Under the pieces are notes generated by a model. The model made no database searches and was not told the DNA's origin. It was given only the letters and a program-made list of their open reading frames with translations. This document shows positions 41,001 to 59,361 of a stretch of DNA of 64,000 nt, one piece after another. This DNA comes from the human T2T-CHM13v2.0 reference genome, Homo sapiens, in NCBI RefSeq assembly GCF_009914755.1, contig NC_060935.1; one strand, given 5' to 3'. The position numbers and the translations under genes were made by a program. Numbering within the stretch: position 1 is the first letter of the stretch; each line of letters starts with the position of its first letter.

Positions 41001-43454
41001 CAGTGAGTATATGTGTGTTCATATTCTCTCTATCTACTTGTTTTTACCCAGACTCAGAATCCATTAGTTCTCAGTCTTTATATTGGTAAACTTATAGGTC
41101 TTGACTGATTTTAGTTTGTTCGTCTAAGACATCTCTTTCCATCTCTTAGGATATTTTAATTGCTCATCTCTGGACCCTCTCCAAGGCTTGTTAAGCCTTT
41201 ATTGAGCTGTGGTAACCAGAGCTGCACAGTTTTGTGTCTTGACATAGTGCAGTTGGTTTCAAGGAAAGGCTAATATGTTTGGTCTTATGTCCAATATTCT
41301 TGATCAACATTAATGTTATTTACTGGAGGAAAATCAGTTTCATTTTTATATCACTGGAACATCCAGCAATGCAAGCCTTGCTGGCACTGGGGAGGTCTAA
41401 AATTTTCTAAATAGAGGGAAATGAATAAGTAGTGGATTGTTTGATACCATGTAGGAGAAAGGGAAAAATAAACAAAAAGCTGCATTTCTACAAACCCTCA
41501 ATCTGTTCTGAGTACAGAAAGTCATTTGTTTGGAATTTAGATCCAGGTTGATTTGGTTGTCAATTCTAGTTTTCCAAATGTGTGACTTTGGACAAGTCAC
41601 TTTAATATTGCTGACTGTCATTTCTGTCATTGGTGAAATAGAAATAATAATATTCCGCTTGACAGGATTAAGTGTGACTCACGTGATTTCACTTATTAAG
41701 GCTTTGGCGGAATATTTAGCACATGACAGAAATATAATTTAAAAGTCTTTTTTTTGTCCATTTGCACTAAAGAGATAAGAGAAGTTTGAAATAATTAAAA
41801 GTCACTGGATCCTATTGGGGTTAGTCAAGGGAAGACTTGACAGAAGCGAGCCAGAAGCTGGTCTTTGACAGAGAAAAGTGACATGACTTTATGGAAAGAA
41901 GACAGGAGAACATGAACAGAAGAGAGACAAGATGTCTGAAAGTTTGAAGTTAGATAGATTAACTAGTTTTCCTTTTGGTAATTAGAATAGCTGGCTAGAA
42001 AAGGGTGGAAGATGGTGCTAAGGTAATTGCTAAGAAGATGAGATTTGATTTGAGGTTTCTGAACTCAGGAGGCATAAAATCAAAGTAACACTTAAAATGA
42101 TAAATTCATCCTTAATGACATGGCCATTCTCAAAGACCACATTGACTGGTCTATTAAGCAATTAATACCTCCCTTTCAAATTTTTGCCTATTTATTTTTA
42201 AATTTCATGCAGTGTCTCTGGGCAAGGGTGCTGACTCTATTACTTGTCTATTATTGTCACTCTATGATTTGTCTCAGGCTCTCTTCTGACCTCTTCTGTC
42301 CAAGTTGTCTATGTGAATAGACATCCTGTGTCTGCCCTTACAGGGTCACTTTATTCAGAGAATCATAGAATGTTCAAGATAGGCTATTCTAATCTACCCA
42401 ATTTTCAGATTAAAAAGCTGAGGACCTGAAAGAGGACATGAATTGACACAGATTATAGACTTTTAGAGCAGCATGTAGTTAACAAAAATAAACAAATAAG
42501 GATTTTAGGTAGATATCATGCACTTTAGTAGATGTATAAACTTGGAAATCTTATCTGACTTTTAGAACCTCAATTTCTTTTCTGTATAATAGGCAGGTAA
42601 TTGATGATACCTGTTTCAAAGGGTGTCTATGAAACTGAAACAAGGAAATACCTCTTGAACATCTGAAAGGAGAGCTCAATATGTGTTAGTTTCCTTCCCT
42701 TTACTTTTAGAACTGATTTGGGTTCTGGACTATAAAAAAAGAATTGCATCATCCCTTTGGGGAAGATGAAGGGGAAAGGTAAAAATCACTGAAGAAATCT
42801 AATGGTAAATGAATACATTTTTTGCTTCTGTTCTTTTCCTACAGTCAGTATCATCTTGGGGAAGCAGGTGAACTAGCTTTTTCTCCTCAGTCACTGTGCC
42901 TGGGGCTGGGACAGTTCTCATGATTCTGGTTGGAATTTAGGCTGACATTTGAGGGGTGAGACAGATGGCCATCATCTCCATTAAGAATAACTGCACCCCA
43001 GCCCTTTATCCACAACTCTGCAAATGTGTTTGGCTCCCATAGCAGGTTTATGTGTTGGCAATATCAGTGAAATGATTCCTTCCAGCTTGGACATGTAAAG
43101 ACTTTCAGGGCCCTATGGCTTTTTTTCTCACTTTTCTTTACTCATTCTCACAGTCTTGAAATTTACAACCCTTAAGTCAACAAGGCTGTTATTTAGAAGT
43201 GAAGGAATTGTTGTACTGACATTTTTCTAATTAAATAAAAAAAATTTATTTAAAAAGAACCAAAAATAGAAGCAATGCAAAATATACAGTGAGGCACAGT
43301 GGATAAAGAACAGATGTGCAAATTAGAGAAACTTGGTTTTAGCATCAGAGTTTCCATTTACCTGCTCTGAAGTGTCTGGCTGTGTAACCTAGGACACTTC
43401 ATTTTGAATACTTTTAGAATTCTTTCCAGTATAAATCTTTGTGACACTATAAGC

Positions 43455-43965
43455 ATTTTCCTTTTAATAATATTCACAAACTTACAAACATATAGGAAAA
43501 TTTAAAGTATAATGTGACCATATTGGACCCATCATTGAATCCTATCAAATCTTAACATGTTGTCATATATACCGTCTTCCTTTCTTTGCATTTGATACTT
43601 ATCATTTTCACGCATGTTTTATGCTGCTACTCTATGTCCCTATATTTAAAACCAATTTGTATAGTATTGTTTGAAATGCTTTTAACTTTATACAATTATA
43701 TCATAATGTATATATTCAACTGCCACTTGCATTTGTCACTCAATGTCATTGAGATTTATCCCTGCTCACATATGTAGCTCTTCATTTTAATTATGATACA
43801 GTAATCCATTGTATGAATAGTTCACAATTTACTTATCCTTTTTCCTGGTGACTAGTTTTTACAATTACAAAGAATGTTGGAATTAATGTACTGGCATAAG
43901 TCTCCTTCTGTTATGTGCATCTTTAATTTGCCTTGATATTGTCAAATTGCTTCTAAAGTTTGGAA
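43455..43965 (-). mobile_element. L1ME relic
   Basis: gagatttatccctgct...tgtagctcttcattttaatt...tccattgtatgaatagttcacaatttacttatcc. Confidence 0.65.
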
Positions 43966-44678
43966 CATTATTGTTCAAATTGTTTATTCCTAGGTTTATT
44001 TATTTTATAATTACCTAGTAGCTCTAGAAACTATTAAGACTCCTACATTTACATATCTTTGTTCATTTAAGACACATTGCACACAGTCTTTCACAATGCA
44101 CTGTACTAAATATAAAAATCAAAAAGACATGGCAACCTGCTCTCAAGGTTACCTATACTTTAGACAAGGCATGTGCATGTATAATTATTTTTATATATTA
44201 TAGAGAGAATATCTACTCAGTTTGTTGAGCAAGAGTAATTTACTTGTATCACCTTTCTTAAGATTAGTGGGTGCCAGTTACCCTGAAATATTTTAGTTGT
44301 CTGTTGTTTCTTCCTTTTTTTTTTTTTATTTAATGTACTCTGGTACTATAAGAATTAAATATTACTTGGGATACAGAAATATTTTAGTTTTTATAAGTTT
44401 GCCTCAGTTAAGGTCTAAGTCCTTTGGTTTTATTATTGATCTACAAAGGATGTTGTAACTATTGAAATGTAAGAAAAAAGATATTTTGTTGCTGAGTTTA
44501 ATACAGATGTTTGCTTATCACATTTAGCAGTATTGAAACTGGAGCCCTAAGAATGGCTTTTCTGTGGATTGTGGAAAGACATTCAGTCATTGGATGAACA
44601 AGACAACAAACAGGTCTTGGTTTCTAGTTTGTTTTGTCAATTCAATTCACAAGACACAAGTTTCACCCAGAGAGTTTA

Positions 44679-45065
<387 letters not shown>

Positions 45066-45709
45066 TCATCCAGACACTGGTGTCCCCTCATAGTCTGGTA
45101 TTTGTTTTAGTTCCAAGGGATAGGAACTGACCCTAGATTGGGTCACATCAGCCCAAGGAAGCTGCAGTGTCTATGCTCCTTCATCTTAAAATCCTTGAGA
45201 ATTTCCTAGCATGTTGCAGGAGAGTATGCTCAGTTCCCATTCTTAAGTGTTGCTGCAGGCATAAGTGATCAGATATTCTGACAACTAAATACAGGATGCT
45301 CAGGGACAGCCCTGGAAATGTAATCAGTATATGACAACCCTAATAAGACCCTCATTTATCTCTAAAGATTATATTTTCTCACTTGATATTGCAAAAAGTG
45401 CAACTGGGTGTCAAATTTTCCTCAAGCATTCCCAGAAGCTGGAGAAAGAGATTATAGCCCAATCATTAACTCTTATCTATTATGTTGCCTCAGTTTATTC
45501 AGCCTTGCCAATTCAAGTAGACAATGAGAGAGGTCATACAGTTCTGAGATGGTGCTTTCTGCCTCCCTAGCAGGGAAGATTTTGTATGTAATGTTGGGCA
45601 TATTGCAAGGTGGCAGTGTAATAGGGTGGTTTGAGAGCATGGGTGGGCTTTGGAATCAGACAAGGCCATGTTCAAGTCTTAGCTGTGCTGCTTTCTAGCT
45701 ATGTGTTAC

Positions 45710-46217
45710 TGTGGTAGGCAAAATAATTCCTCCTTTCCATATATGAATCCCTAAAACCTGTTAATATATTAGGTTGAAAAGGAGAATTAAAGTTTCAGAT
45801 GGAATTAAGGTTGCTAATCAGCTGACCCTGAGATAGTTATATTGTCCTGGATTTCTGGGTGGGATCAATTTAGTCACAGGAGTCCTTACAAGTGAAAGAG
45901 GAAAGCAAGAAAGAGAGAACCACGCATATAGCAGCATGAGAAGGACGTGGCTCAATGTTGCTGGCTTTGAAAAGGCAGACATTAAGTCACAAGCCAAAGA
46001 ATGCAGGCAGCCTCTAGAAGCTGGAGAAGTCAAAAAACAAAACAAAAGAGATATTCCCTAGAAGTCCGCCAAAAGAAAACAACACTGCCAGTACCTTTTT
46101 AGCCCAGTGAGACCCATTTTGGACTTCAGACCTCCAAAAGTGGAAGACAATGAATTCATGTTGCTATAAGGCACTATTTTTGGTAATTTGTTACAGCAGC
46201 AATAGGAAACTAAAATA
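45710..46217 (+). mobile_element. MLT1D-like LTR inserted in a MIR
   Basis: tgtggtaggcaaaataat...gatggaattaaggttgctaatcagctgacc...aatgcaggcagcctctagaagctgga...tttgttacagcagcaataggaaactaa; MIR text on both sides (~45610-46330). Confidence 0.9.
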
Positions 46218-49037
46218 GCGATATTTATGTCTTGATGCTTCAGTTTTCTCATTTTGTAAAATAAGGATTATAACAGCACTTTCCTCCTATGGAGATTGTT
46301 TTAAGATATCCATTTTTGTGCAGAGCATTTGGCCTACTCTTGGTAAGACTCAATCTTTGGACGAGACATTTAGATATTTGAACAAGAAGTTAGGAAACTT
46401 GGATTATGGTTTCAGACAAAATGAGGACACGAGTAACTTCCTGCCTTTCTTATAAAGTTGATGTGAAAAGCAAATGAAATTATGTTTTAACTTTTATATT
46501 TTAACTAAAGCATTATTCAAATATAACTTCTTGTTATAATTTAGCTTACACATTCCAAATGGACTTATTAGATAATATGTGAAAGATATAAAAATTCAAC
46601 ACTTGAGTCATCAGCTGATTGTAGAAAAATAGTGTTGGGGTAATAGATAATATTAATTCCAATGACTGGTACTGAGTAGTAAGTTCTTTCTTTTAAGATA
46701 TTCTATTTTTATAGCACTTATATTTCCTACTTATGTGGTAATAATTATGGTTCTTTATTTCATATGGCAGGGATGTGTGTTATCTTTTAATTGCAGCCTT
46801 TGCTTATAATGTCTGAATGTAAGCACAATAATATTTATTTAATTGAACTAAAGATAAAGTGGAAGAATCACATATTTGGCCAGGATATAATTATCAGAGC
46901 TCCTCTAAAACACATTTTGAATATTTTAAACGGTGTATTAATTTTTAGTAAGTGAGATGGCGAAGTTCTTATTGTTCTGTATGCTAATGATTAAGCATTT
47001 CAAATATTTATCATTAATTTTGATTGATTATGCATTTAAATAAGTAAATTCAGGCAGATAAAATTAAGATTTATTTGTCTCACTGTTTGAAGTATTCCTT
47101 TACTGAGGTCAGTAAGTGTATGTGTATGCAATGAAAAGTGAGCATTAGGCTATTACTGTAATTGCTTATCACTATTTTCATTTTCATAAACATATGGCAA
47201 TATGCACTGTTATATTAACAGATATATTGTTTTCATCATCTTATTTTTCAGTTGACTCTTGGGCACAGTCAAAGGGCATGTTTTGTAGTGATAGATTTTT
47301 CAAATTCATGCTTCCTATGGAAATTTTAAGAAGTAGAGGTTTGTTTAAATTCTATACCAGGGCATAGAAGAAACTTAAACAGAATGCTAAAGGAAGGAAT
47401 GTGGCCACTTTTTTCTGGGCATACAATTAGTCTAGTCAATAGAGGTCACACTGGACCAAGCATTTGAGATGTTTCAACTCCCCACTGGGGCAAACTTACC
47501 ACAAAATGTGCTCATCCATTTTCCAGTGTCGAGAGAAAGAGGAAGGCGGACATCGTGGAGTCTTTAATGACTGGGGTTTTTGTAGAGCTTTTAATGATTG
47601 TTTTAAAGCCATTTATCACTAAGAAGTGAAAACCATTTACAAAATGTAGTGGTTAAAATGACTGTGACTCTAATCCATAACTTGACAGTTTACTTTTTGT
47701 TATTTCTCCTATTCTTTTAAACGTGAGGTATTGCAGGATAGGTGAGGGGGGAAATCTGGTTATTTGACTACTAATATGCGAAAATCCAAAAATTTAGATT
47801 GAGTAGGTAAATGGGGTAATTTTTAATGTTGCAAATAGTTGATCTGTTTTGCCCAAGAATGCGGTTCCTGTCGAAGAGGTTGGAATAGGACAGAAAACTT
47901 TACATTTGTAATGTTCAGCAGTTTTGATACTCTTAGGTCAATCAGAAATAAAGCACGCAAGAACCTCCTGAGATGATACAGCAAATGTGTGGAAACTGGG
48001 TAATTTTTCAAGAACTGGAGAAGGACTGTGTCTGAATGCAGACCATGCAGAGATAACAGCATATATATAAGGCATTTTGTCACTGGCATCTTGAAAAATA
48101 AAATCAATAAATATTTAAAATTTATTTGCATTTTAGAACCAGTCAGCATCTTCACATAGCCATCAGGCAATAAAGAAGCTTTGAAAAAGAGGATAAAATG
48201 TATTTATAGAGGAAAAAAATAATTTTATAAGTACATTTAAAGTGGAAATGCTTAGGGAAGTTTGTGACTAGGAGATGCTGGGAAGTTTTGATTTGTGATT
48301 CTGCAAAGTTACCAAACACCAAAAAATTTCACAGATAAGTCATTTCATTTGATGTTCTTGATTTTTCCTTTTGAGTGACAGGGATAAAAAGAAAGTTTTA
48401 GAGATTGTCTGCTGGTTTCATTGTTGGCACTGCAAAGGGAGAAGTCAGTATCTGATTTTTAGATTCCTAGGGTTTGTCTCACTTTGATGGAGAAAATATT
48501 TCACAATGTTTACACTTGAAATTCTTATCTTTGTAGATTTCAGAGGATTCGATGCTAGTTGCAATGGGTTTCATCTTTGAGGAGTCTCACAGATGTGGAT
48601 CATCCTTATTCCATCAAATTTTATTTCTGTTGAGCCAGATAATGATTATAATGTTAGTGTCCTTCACATTGGAAGATTTTCCAGCTATGAAGGAAATGAC
48701 AGTGATGGAACTCATATTGACCTTTAGTCGCTGTTAAAATATCTCTAAAGGACAGACTCATGGATTCTCATAATATCAGTTACCAGATGGCATTTCTAGG
48801 GACTCTGTCTCTGCCTTCTGGAGGCCTACCCTGTAGCCTCCAGACTCTCTAGCACCCATGCTGACATCTACCTCTTCACCTCCGGGTTCTAACACAGCCC
48901 TAAAGTTGGTGCTTATCCACAATGAATCGATCAAGGCTTGGCTTCTGACTGGAATGGGCTTGGTTGTTTTTTCCCAATTTTATCTTTTGGAACAGCTAGA
49001 AAGGAGGACCGGGTTGCTCAGTGGTCCTCAACCTTCA

Positions 49038-49391
49038 TTTCTTTCTGGAAGAGATTTTTAAAATGCATATGTCTGGACCCCCCCATAGAGATTCTGATTT
49101 AGTTGATCTGGTCTGGTCTAGGGCTGGGCATTGGTTCATTTTAAAAAATTCCCCAGATGATTTAATATGTGGCCAAGAAGACTGGGGTGCTAGTCCACAC
49201 TCTGGATTCTCAAAGTGTGGCTCCTAGATCAGCAATATCAGCATCACTTGGGAACTTATTAGAAATCCAAATCCTCAGGCCCTAAGCAAGACCTACCGAA
49301 TCAGCAACTTTTTAGGGGTAAGGCCCAGAAATCTGCATTTTAATAAGCCTTCCATATGATGCTCATGCATATGAAAGTTTGAGAACCACTG
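49038..49391. mobile_element. Two adjacent MER5-family MITEs
   Basis: ttttaaaatgcatatgtctggaccc...agagattctgatttagttg, then ttctcaaagtgtggctcctagatcagc...aagtttgagaaccactg. Confidence 0.85.
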
Positions 49392-50129
49392 ATTTGATCA
49401 ACTTTCTAAGATGGGGTAAACTGTTGAGGATGCACTCCATGGATACAACTGTATCATATGCAAAAGGTGCTTAGCACAGACCCGAGTCTAGAACTAGGGC
49501 ATACACCAACCACTGGGGAGTAAGCAGATTACAGGGGTCCATGCTAGCAATGAGCATCCCAGCCAACAATTTTTGTTATCAAGAGGTAATGCCTGTTCAT
49601 AGCAGGTTAGGACTAGAGTGTGAGCGTCGGGGAGATGTTATGCTGGGTTTAATTCTTGGACTTTTCTTTATTAATTTAGGAAACTAATGTCTCTGAGCTT
49701 CATTTTTCACTGGGAAAAAAATTATTACCTTTCAAGGTTGTTGTGAAAAATAAAATTGTCTATGGGAAAGGTCCAGCAAGAATAAATGTTCAGCACATGC
49801 CCAGTAAAAAATACATGCTTAAGAAATTATTGCTATTATTATTATTCCCATATGAGAATAAGCAATACATTGTACGAAGGCTGTCATGGTTGCCTCTGGT
49901 GTCCAATGTCAAACCTTATAAATTATAATCATAAAAGAGTCTCTTCAGTGAACCTGAGTTTGGTCTCAAGTCCTTTCTAATACAGTAGGCTGGGGCAACC
50001 ACTATCAGAAAATCGGATCTGACTTTCAAGATAAACCCCATTTTCCACCTCTAATTAAGATTGCAAAAATCTTAGAGATATTCCTATTCTTTCATTTTCT
50101 TCCTTCCCACATTTACTTCACACCTGCTC

Positions 50130-50450
50130 TGCAGAGTCCAATAGATACATAATGCAAGATACAGATATAATTTTCTGTTAGCCACATTAAGAAAAGTAAA
50201 AAAAAAAAAAAAAGGGCAGTTAAATTTTAAAGTATTTTTAACCTAATGTAATATATCCAAATATTATTTCAATATGTAGTCAGTATAAATATTATTAATG
50301 AGATATTTTACATTCTTCTTTTTGGAACTAAGTCTTTGAAATTCAGTGTATATCTTATACCCATAGCACATCTCAATCCATGCAAGCCATATTTGAAGGG
50401 CTCAATGGCCACATGAGGCTAGTGGCTGCCATACTGGACAATACAGCTCT
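50130..50450. mobile_element. MER33-like MITE
   Basis: tagccacattaagaaaagtaaaa...attattaatgagatattttacattc...gccacatgaggctagtggctgccatactggacaatacag. Confidence 0.85.
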
Positions 50451-50899
50451 AGGTCCTGGGGCCGAGCACCGAAGCAAGGGCTGGTAATTGCCTCAACAAG
50501 CTCACAGTTTATTCAGTGGCTCAGCCATAGGCAAGTAATACTATTTTTCAGCATGAAGTGTTATTACCTCCCACCTTGGATTTTCCTGAAGAACGAAGTC
50601 ATGTAGTCTGAGTCAAAGCAGAATACTTGACATTTCTTTAGGGTTATTTGGTTTTATTGTTTCTACATCTTGTGTGTATGATCTGAATTGTCAGCCCTGC
50701 TTGTAGCCTGCAAGTTGTACACTCTGACCTTAACATTTGCTACATAAGTGGAGGTTGGACTTAGTGTTGCTGGTGAAGAATGTGTTTCTGCTGTCCTGTT
50801 TTGGCCCTAGTCCATAATAATGTGACAGCCCAGCCACTTGCTGAGCATGTGCTGTGATATGCCAGGCACAGTGCTAAGCAATTCTTACAGAGGTTGATG

Positions 50900-51460
50900 G
50901 AAAGTCCACCAGTGGCTTCCTACCGTACTTAGAATATAATCCAGATGGCTTAAAAGGACCTACCTGATTTCACCTATGGCCACCTTGGAGATACCATTTC
51001 CTACCTTAATCCCATTTTCTCACTCCACTTCTGCTTCCCAGGCCTTCTTGGTCTTCTTTTTCCCACCTTAAGCCTTTGTCTTGGCATTCCTCTGGCTAGA
51101 ATGCTAGAGGGTTGCTAGAATTATCCTGGGAACACCCCAGGATAATCGTATGGTTTATTTCTGCATTTCATCTAAGTCTTCATTTATGTGTCCTCAGAAA
51201 ACCTTCCCCAGGCCTCTCTATCTATTTTAGTAACCTCATCACTCTCCATCCCCTTTCTCTGCTTTATTTTTCCATATTACTGATCACTACCCTTAATTAC
51301 ATATTACATGTTACTTTACATATTTATTTATTGTTTGTCTCTCCTGCTAGAATGTGAGCTGTATTACAGCAGGAGATTTGTTTCATTTGTTCACCATTTT
51401 GTTTTCTGGACTTAGAATAGCACAGGCACTTAAGAGGTACATCACAAATATTTGAATAAC
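50900..51460 (+). mobile_element. L2a 3' portion
   Basis: ccagtggcttcc...ttagaatataatcc...ttgtttgtctctcctgctagaatgtgagct...aaatatttgaataa. Confidence 0.8.
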
Positions 51461-51485
51461 TTCAAATACCCATGGTGTTATTTAA

Positions 51486-51839
<354 letters not shown>

Positions 51840-52505
51840 TAACTAAAGGAGAAACAGTATGACAGATAACACATAAAAACATGAGTAAGTTCACAGTCAT
51901 TAAGTAGCAGAGCTGAGATTTTAACTCAGGATTATATGTCCAGAGCTCAGATTTGTAATCACTGTACTTTCTCTAGGGAGAACAAAATCTTGTTTCCTAT
52001 GCTTCTGGGTTCCTGTAGATTCTCCAGAAAGAAACAAACAACCAAAAAAAAAAAAAAACTGTAGCTTTCTTGGTATGATTTTCTACTTCCTCTGTTGTTA
52101 ATAGGCTGTTAGACAGCCTCAGCCAGAGGAACTGGATGTAGAATTTGGTGACAGCTTTTGACAGTGCTATCAACAGATGCATTGAAGTTCCCAGGGCAAT
52201 TACTGAGTTGATGTTGATGAAAATATATTTTGAACACTGCAAAATTGCCCCTTCTTGGGATTTATTTTAGGGTCTATATTAAGTGATAACTGAAGACTAC
52301 TGAGTAAAGGCAGTGTGAGGCAACTGATAAATAGTGAGGCATCCTTTAATACACCTCACTTTAACGATGGGAGACTGTCTCAGAGGAACAAACAGAGAGT
52401 CTTTCTAGGTGCTTTAACTTTCATTTCAACCCAGTTTCACAAGATCTCACTGAACTTCTGTTTCATATCATACCCTGAGCTTGGAGCTAGGGATATCATC
52501 CTGAT

Positions 52506-53095
52506 TGTATCAGTTGCATCTATTGCTATGTAATGACTACCTCAAACTTATTGGTATCAAACAACCGCCATTTTACTGTGCTCATAAATTCTGTGGGTCA
52601 ATAATTCAGATAGAGCCCCGCAGGGATGGCTTGTATCTCTTTGATATCCGGACCTCAGTGGGGAAAACTTCAAGTGCTGAGGGCACTTTTAAAGCTGGGA
52701 AATGGAATCAACTGAAGGTTTCTTTCCACATATGTCAGGCTCCTGGGTTGATATTCCTCCAAGGCTGGACTCAGCTGGGGCTATCAACTAGAGCACTCCA
52801 TGTGCCTCTCCACATGTTCTTGGCTTTTTACAGTGTGGAAGCTGGGTTCTGAGAAGCAGTGGCCCGAGCTGAAGCATCCAGACAATGAGTGTTCAGAAGC
52901 TGCCAGACTTCTCACCTAGCCTTAGAAGTAACACAGCCACATTCTGTCGGTTACAAACACATTTCTAAGGCCAGTCCAGATTCAAACGGAGGGCAATTAG
53001 ATTTGACCCCTTGATGAAGGAGGGCAAGGTTACACTGAAAAACAGCATAGGGACTGGGAGATATTATGATGTCCATTTTTGGAAAATCTGCCACA
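52506..53095 (-). mobile_element. MLT1 (F/G/H-like) LTR
   Basis: tgtatcagttgcatctattgctatgtaatgactacctcaaactt...gctcataaattctgtgggtc...ccatttttggaaaatctgccaca. Confidence 0.85.
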
Positions 53096-54449
53096 GACAC
53101 AGTGAAGAAAATGATATTTGTTACTACCTGTGAACATCACGAGCTCAATCACTGGTAGAGAGAGACAGGTGCGTCAGACTGCTGTCAGGAAGCTTAATTT
53201 TCCTTTGAAAAGCAACATTGGCCCATAGTGTACACATTTTGTTTATAAACGGGGTTATTTGCTCTGTCCTGCATTTCCATCCCATGTTTCACTGGAGCAA
53301 TGTTCATAGATTTATCACCTTAGTGCAGTGACTCACTGTGTGAGATCTGGTGTTGCTTTGGCATTTGGAAATCAGCATTTATTTTCAAAGTCTATCCTCT
53401 GCCTCATTTTGCTTGGCTAACTCCTATACAATCCTTTCATGAAGGGTCACTTCCTCCAGAAAGTCCCTTCTGACCCTTCACCTGGATTATGTTCTTCTGC
53501 TTTGAATTATTATGGCACCATGCACCATGCCTACCTCTTGTCCTAGCATTTGTTATCTGGGATTAGAATGGCCTATTTTTGTCTCTAGATTGTAGGATCT
53601 AGCAAGGCAGGGCCAGTGTCTGTCTTCACCATTGTATTTCTTGTACTAGTACATGGTTAAAGTCAGTTTTGTATCTATTCTTTTTACATCTGGTCTGGGA
53701 AAAAAATAGGCAAACTCAAGGGCAGAGAGAGGGCCATACAATTATCATGATATATTTATCTTGTTCTTCTTACTACCCCTCTTCTTATTCTTTCTTTTAT
53801 TCTTCCTCTTCATTTATGGAAGGAATCAATCATGGACATCTCCTAGCACACTTACCTTAAATCCATTGGGCTCCTAGCCAACTCTGTAGGTAGACTCTGT
53901 TAGCAACAAAGAGGAAAAAGGGCAACAACAACTTTTGGGTAGTCAACCAAGACAGAGTACCCTCCAGGACATGTGGCTGGGAAAACCTAATAACTTCCTA
54001 AGCTCCAGGGGCTTTATTTTTAATACACATTCCCAGGAAAACTCATCAGATGTTTGAGGCAGCAAAAACAGATTCTTTTAAGACTCTTGCAATCTCAGTA
54101 AGTACATAGTTTTATATTTCCAGGGTGGCATTCCCTTTGGTAGTTGGCTTGTCATATCTTTTCTAGTTTTCTATCTTTTGTAGTTTGAGTCTGGCTAGTT
54201 AGAAAAAAGCTATCAATTATGAAGAATCTGTGATATATTGGTTACTGTGCAAAACTTGAAAACCATATTTTTCTTTTTTTTAATTATACTTCAAGTGTTG
54301 GGGTACATGTGCAGAACGTGCAGGTTTGTTACATAGGTATACATGTGCCATGGTGGTTTGCTGCACCCATCAACCTGTCATCTACATTAGGTATTTCTCC
54401 TAATGCTATCCCTCCCCTAGCCCCCCACCCCCCAATAGGCCCTGTTGTG

Positions 54450-58275
<3,826 letters not shown>

Positions 58276-58339
58276 ATGATGCTAGATGGGTATTTTTCCT
58301 GTTAGATGATGTAGTTTCTTCATAGTGTTGATGGCCTTT

Positions 58340-59361
58340 ACAATTTGATATGTTTTTGCAGTGGCTGCTACTGGTTCCTTTTCATGTTTAGTGCTTCCTT
58401 CAGGAACTCTTGTAAGGCCGGTCTGGTGGTGACAAAATCTGTCAGCATTTGCCTGTCTGTAAAGTATTTTATTTCTCCTTTGCTTATGAAGCTTAGTTTG
58501 GCTGGAGATGATCTTCTGGGTTGAAAATTCGTTTCTCTAAGAATGTTGAATATTGGCCCCCACTCTCTTCTAGCTTGTAGGGTTTCTTTAGAGAGATCCA
58601 CAGTTAGTCTGATGGGCTTCCCTTTGTGGGTAACCCGACCTTACTCTCTGGCTGCCCTTAACATTTTTTCCTTCATTTCATCCTTGGTGAATCTGACAAT
58701 TATGTGTCTTGGGGTTGCTCTTCTCGAAGAGTATTTTTGTGGTGGTCTCTGTATTTCCTGAATTTGAATGTTGGTCTGTCTTGCTAGGTTGGGGAAGTTC
58801 TCCTGGATAATATCCTGCAGAGTGTTTTCCAACTTGGTTCCATTCCCCTGTCACTTTCAGGTACACCAATCAAATGTAGATTTAGTTTTTTCACACAGTC
58901 CCGTATTTCTTGGAGGCTTTATTCGTTCCTTTTCATTCTTTTTTCTCTAATCTTGTCTTCACGCTTTATTTCATTAAGTTGATCTTCAATCTCTGATATC
59001 CTTTCTTCTGCTTGATCTATTCAGCTATTGATACCAATGTATGCTTCAGGATGTTCTCATGCTGTGTTTTTCAGCTCCATCAGGTCATTTATGTTCTTCT
59101 CTAAATTGGTTATTCTAGTTAGCAATTCCTCTAACCTTTTTTCAAGATTCTTAGCTTCCTTGCATTGGGGTAGAACATGCTCCTTTAGCTCGGAGGAGTT
59201 TGTTATTATCCACCTTCTGAAGCCTACTTCTCTGAATTTGTCAAACTCATTCTCTGTCCAGTTTTGTTCCCTTGCTGGTGAGGAGTTGTGATCCTTTGGA
59301 GAAGAAGAGGAGTTCTTTTTTTCTGGAATTTTCAGTCTTTTTACGCTGGTTTCTCCCCCAT
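58340..59361 (-). pseudogene. Disrupted L1 ORF1
   Basis: LENTLQDIIQENFPNLARQ and DLSKETLQARREWGPIFNIL fragments; ATG at 59361-59359 followed by an apparent frameshift. Confidence 0.9.
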
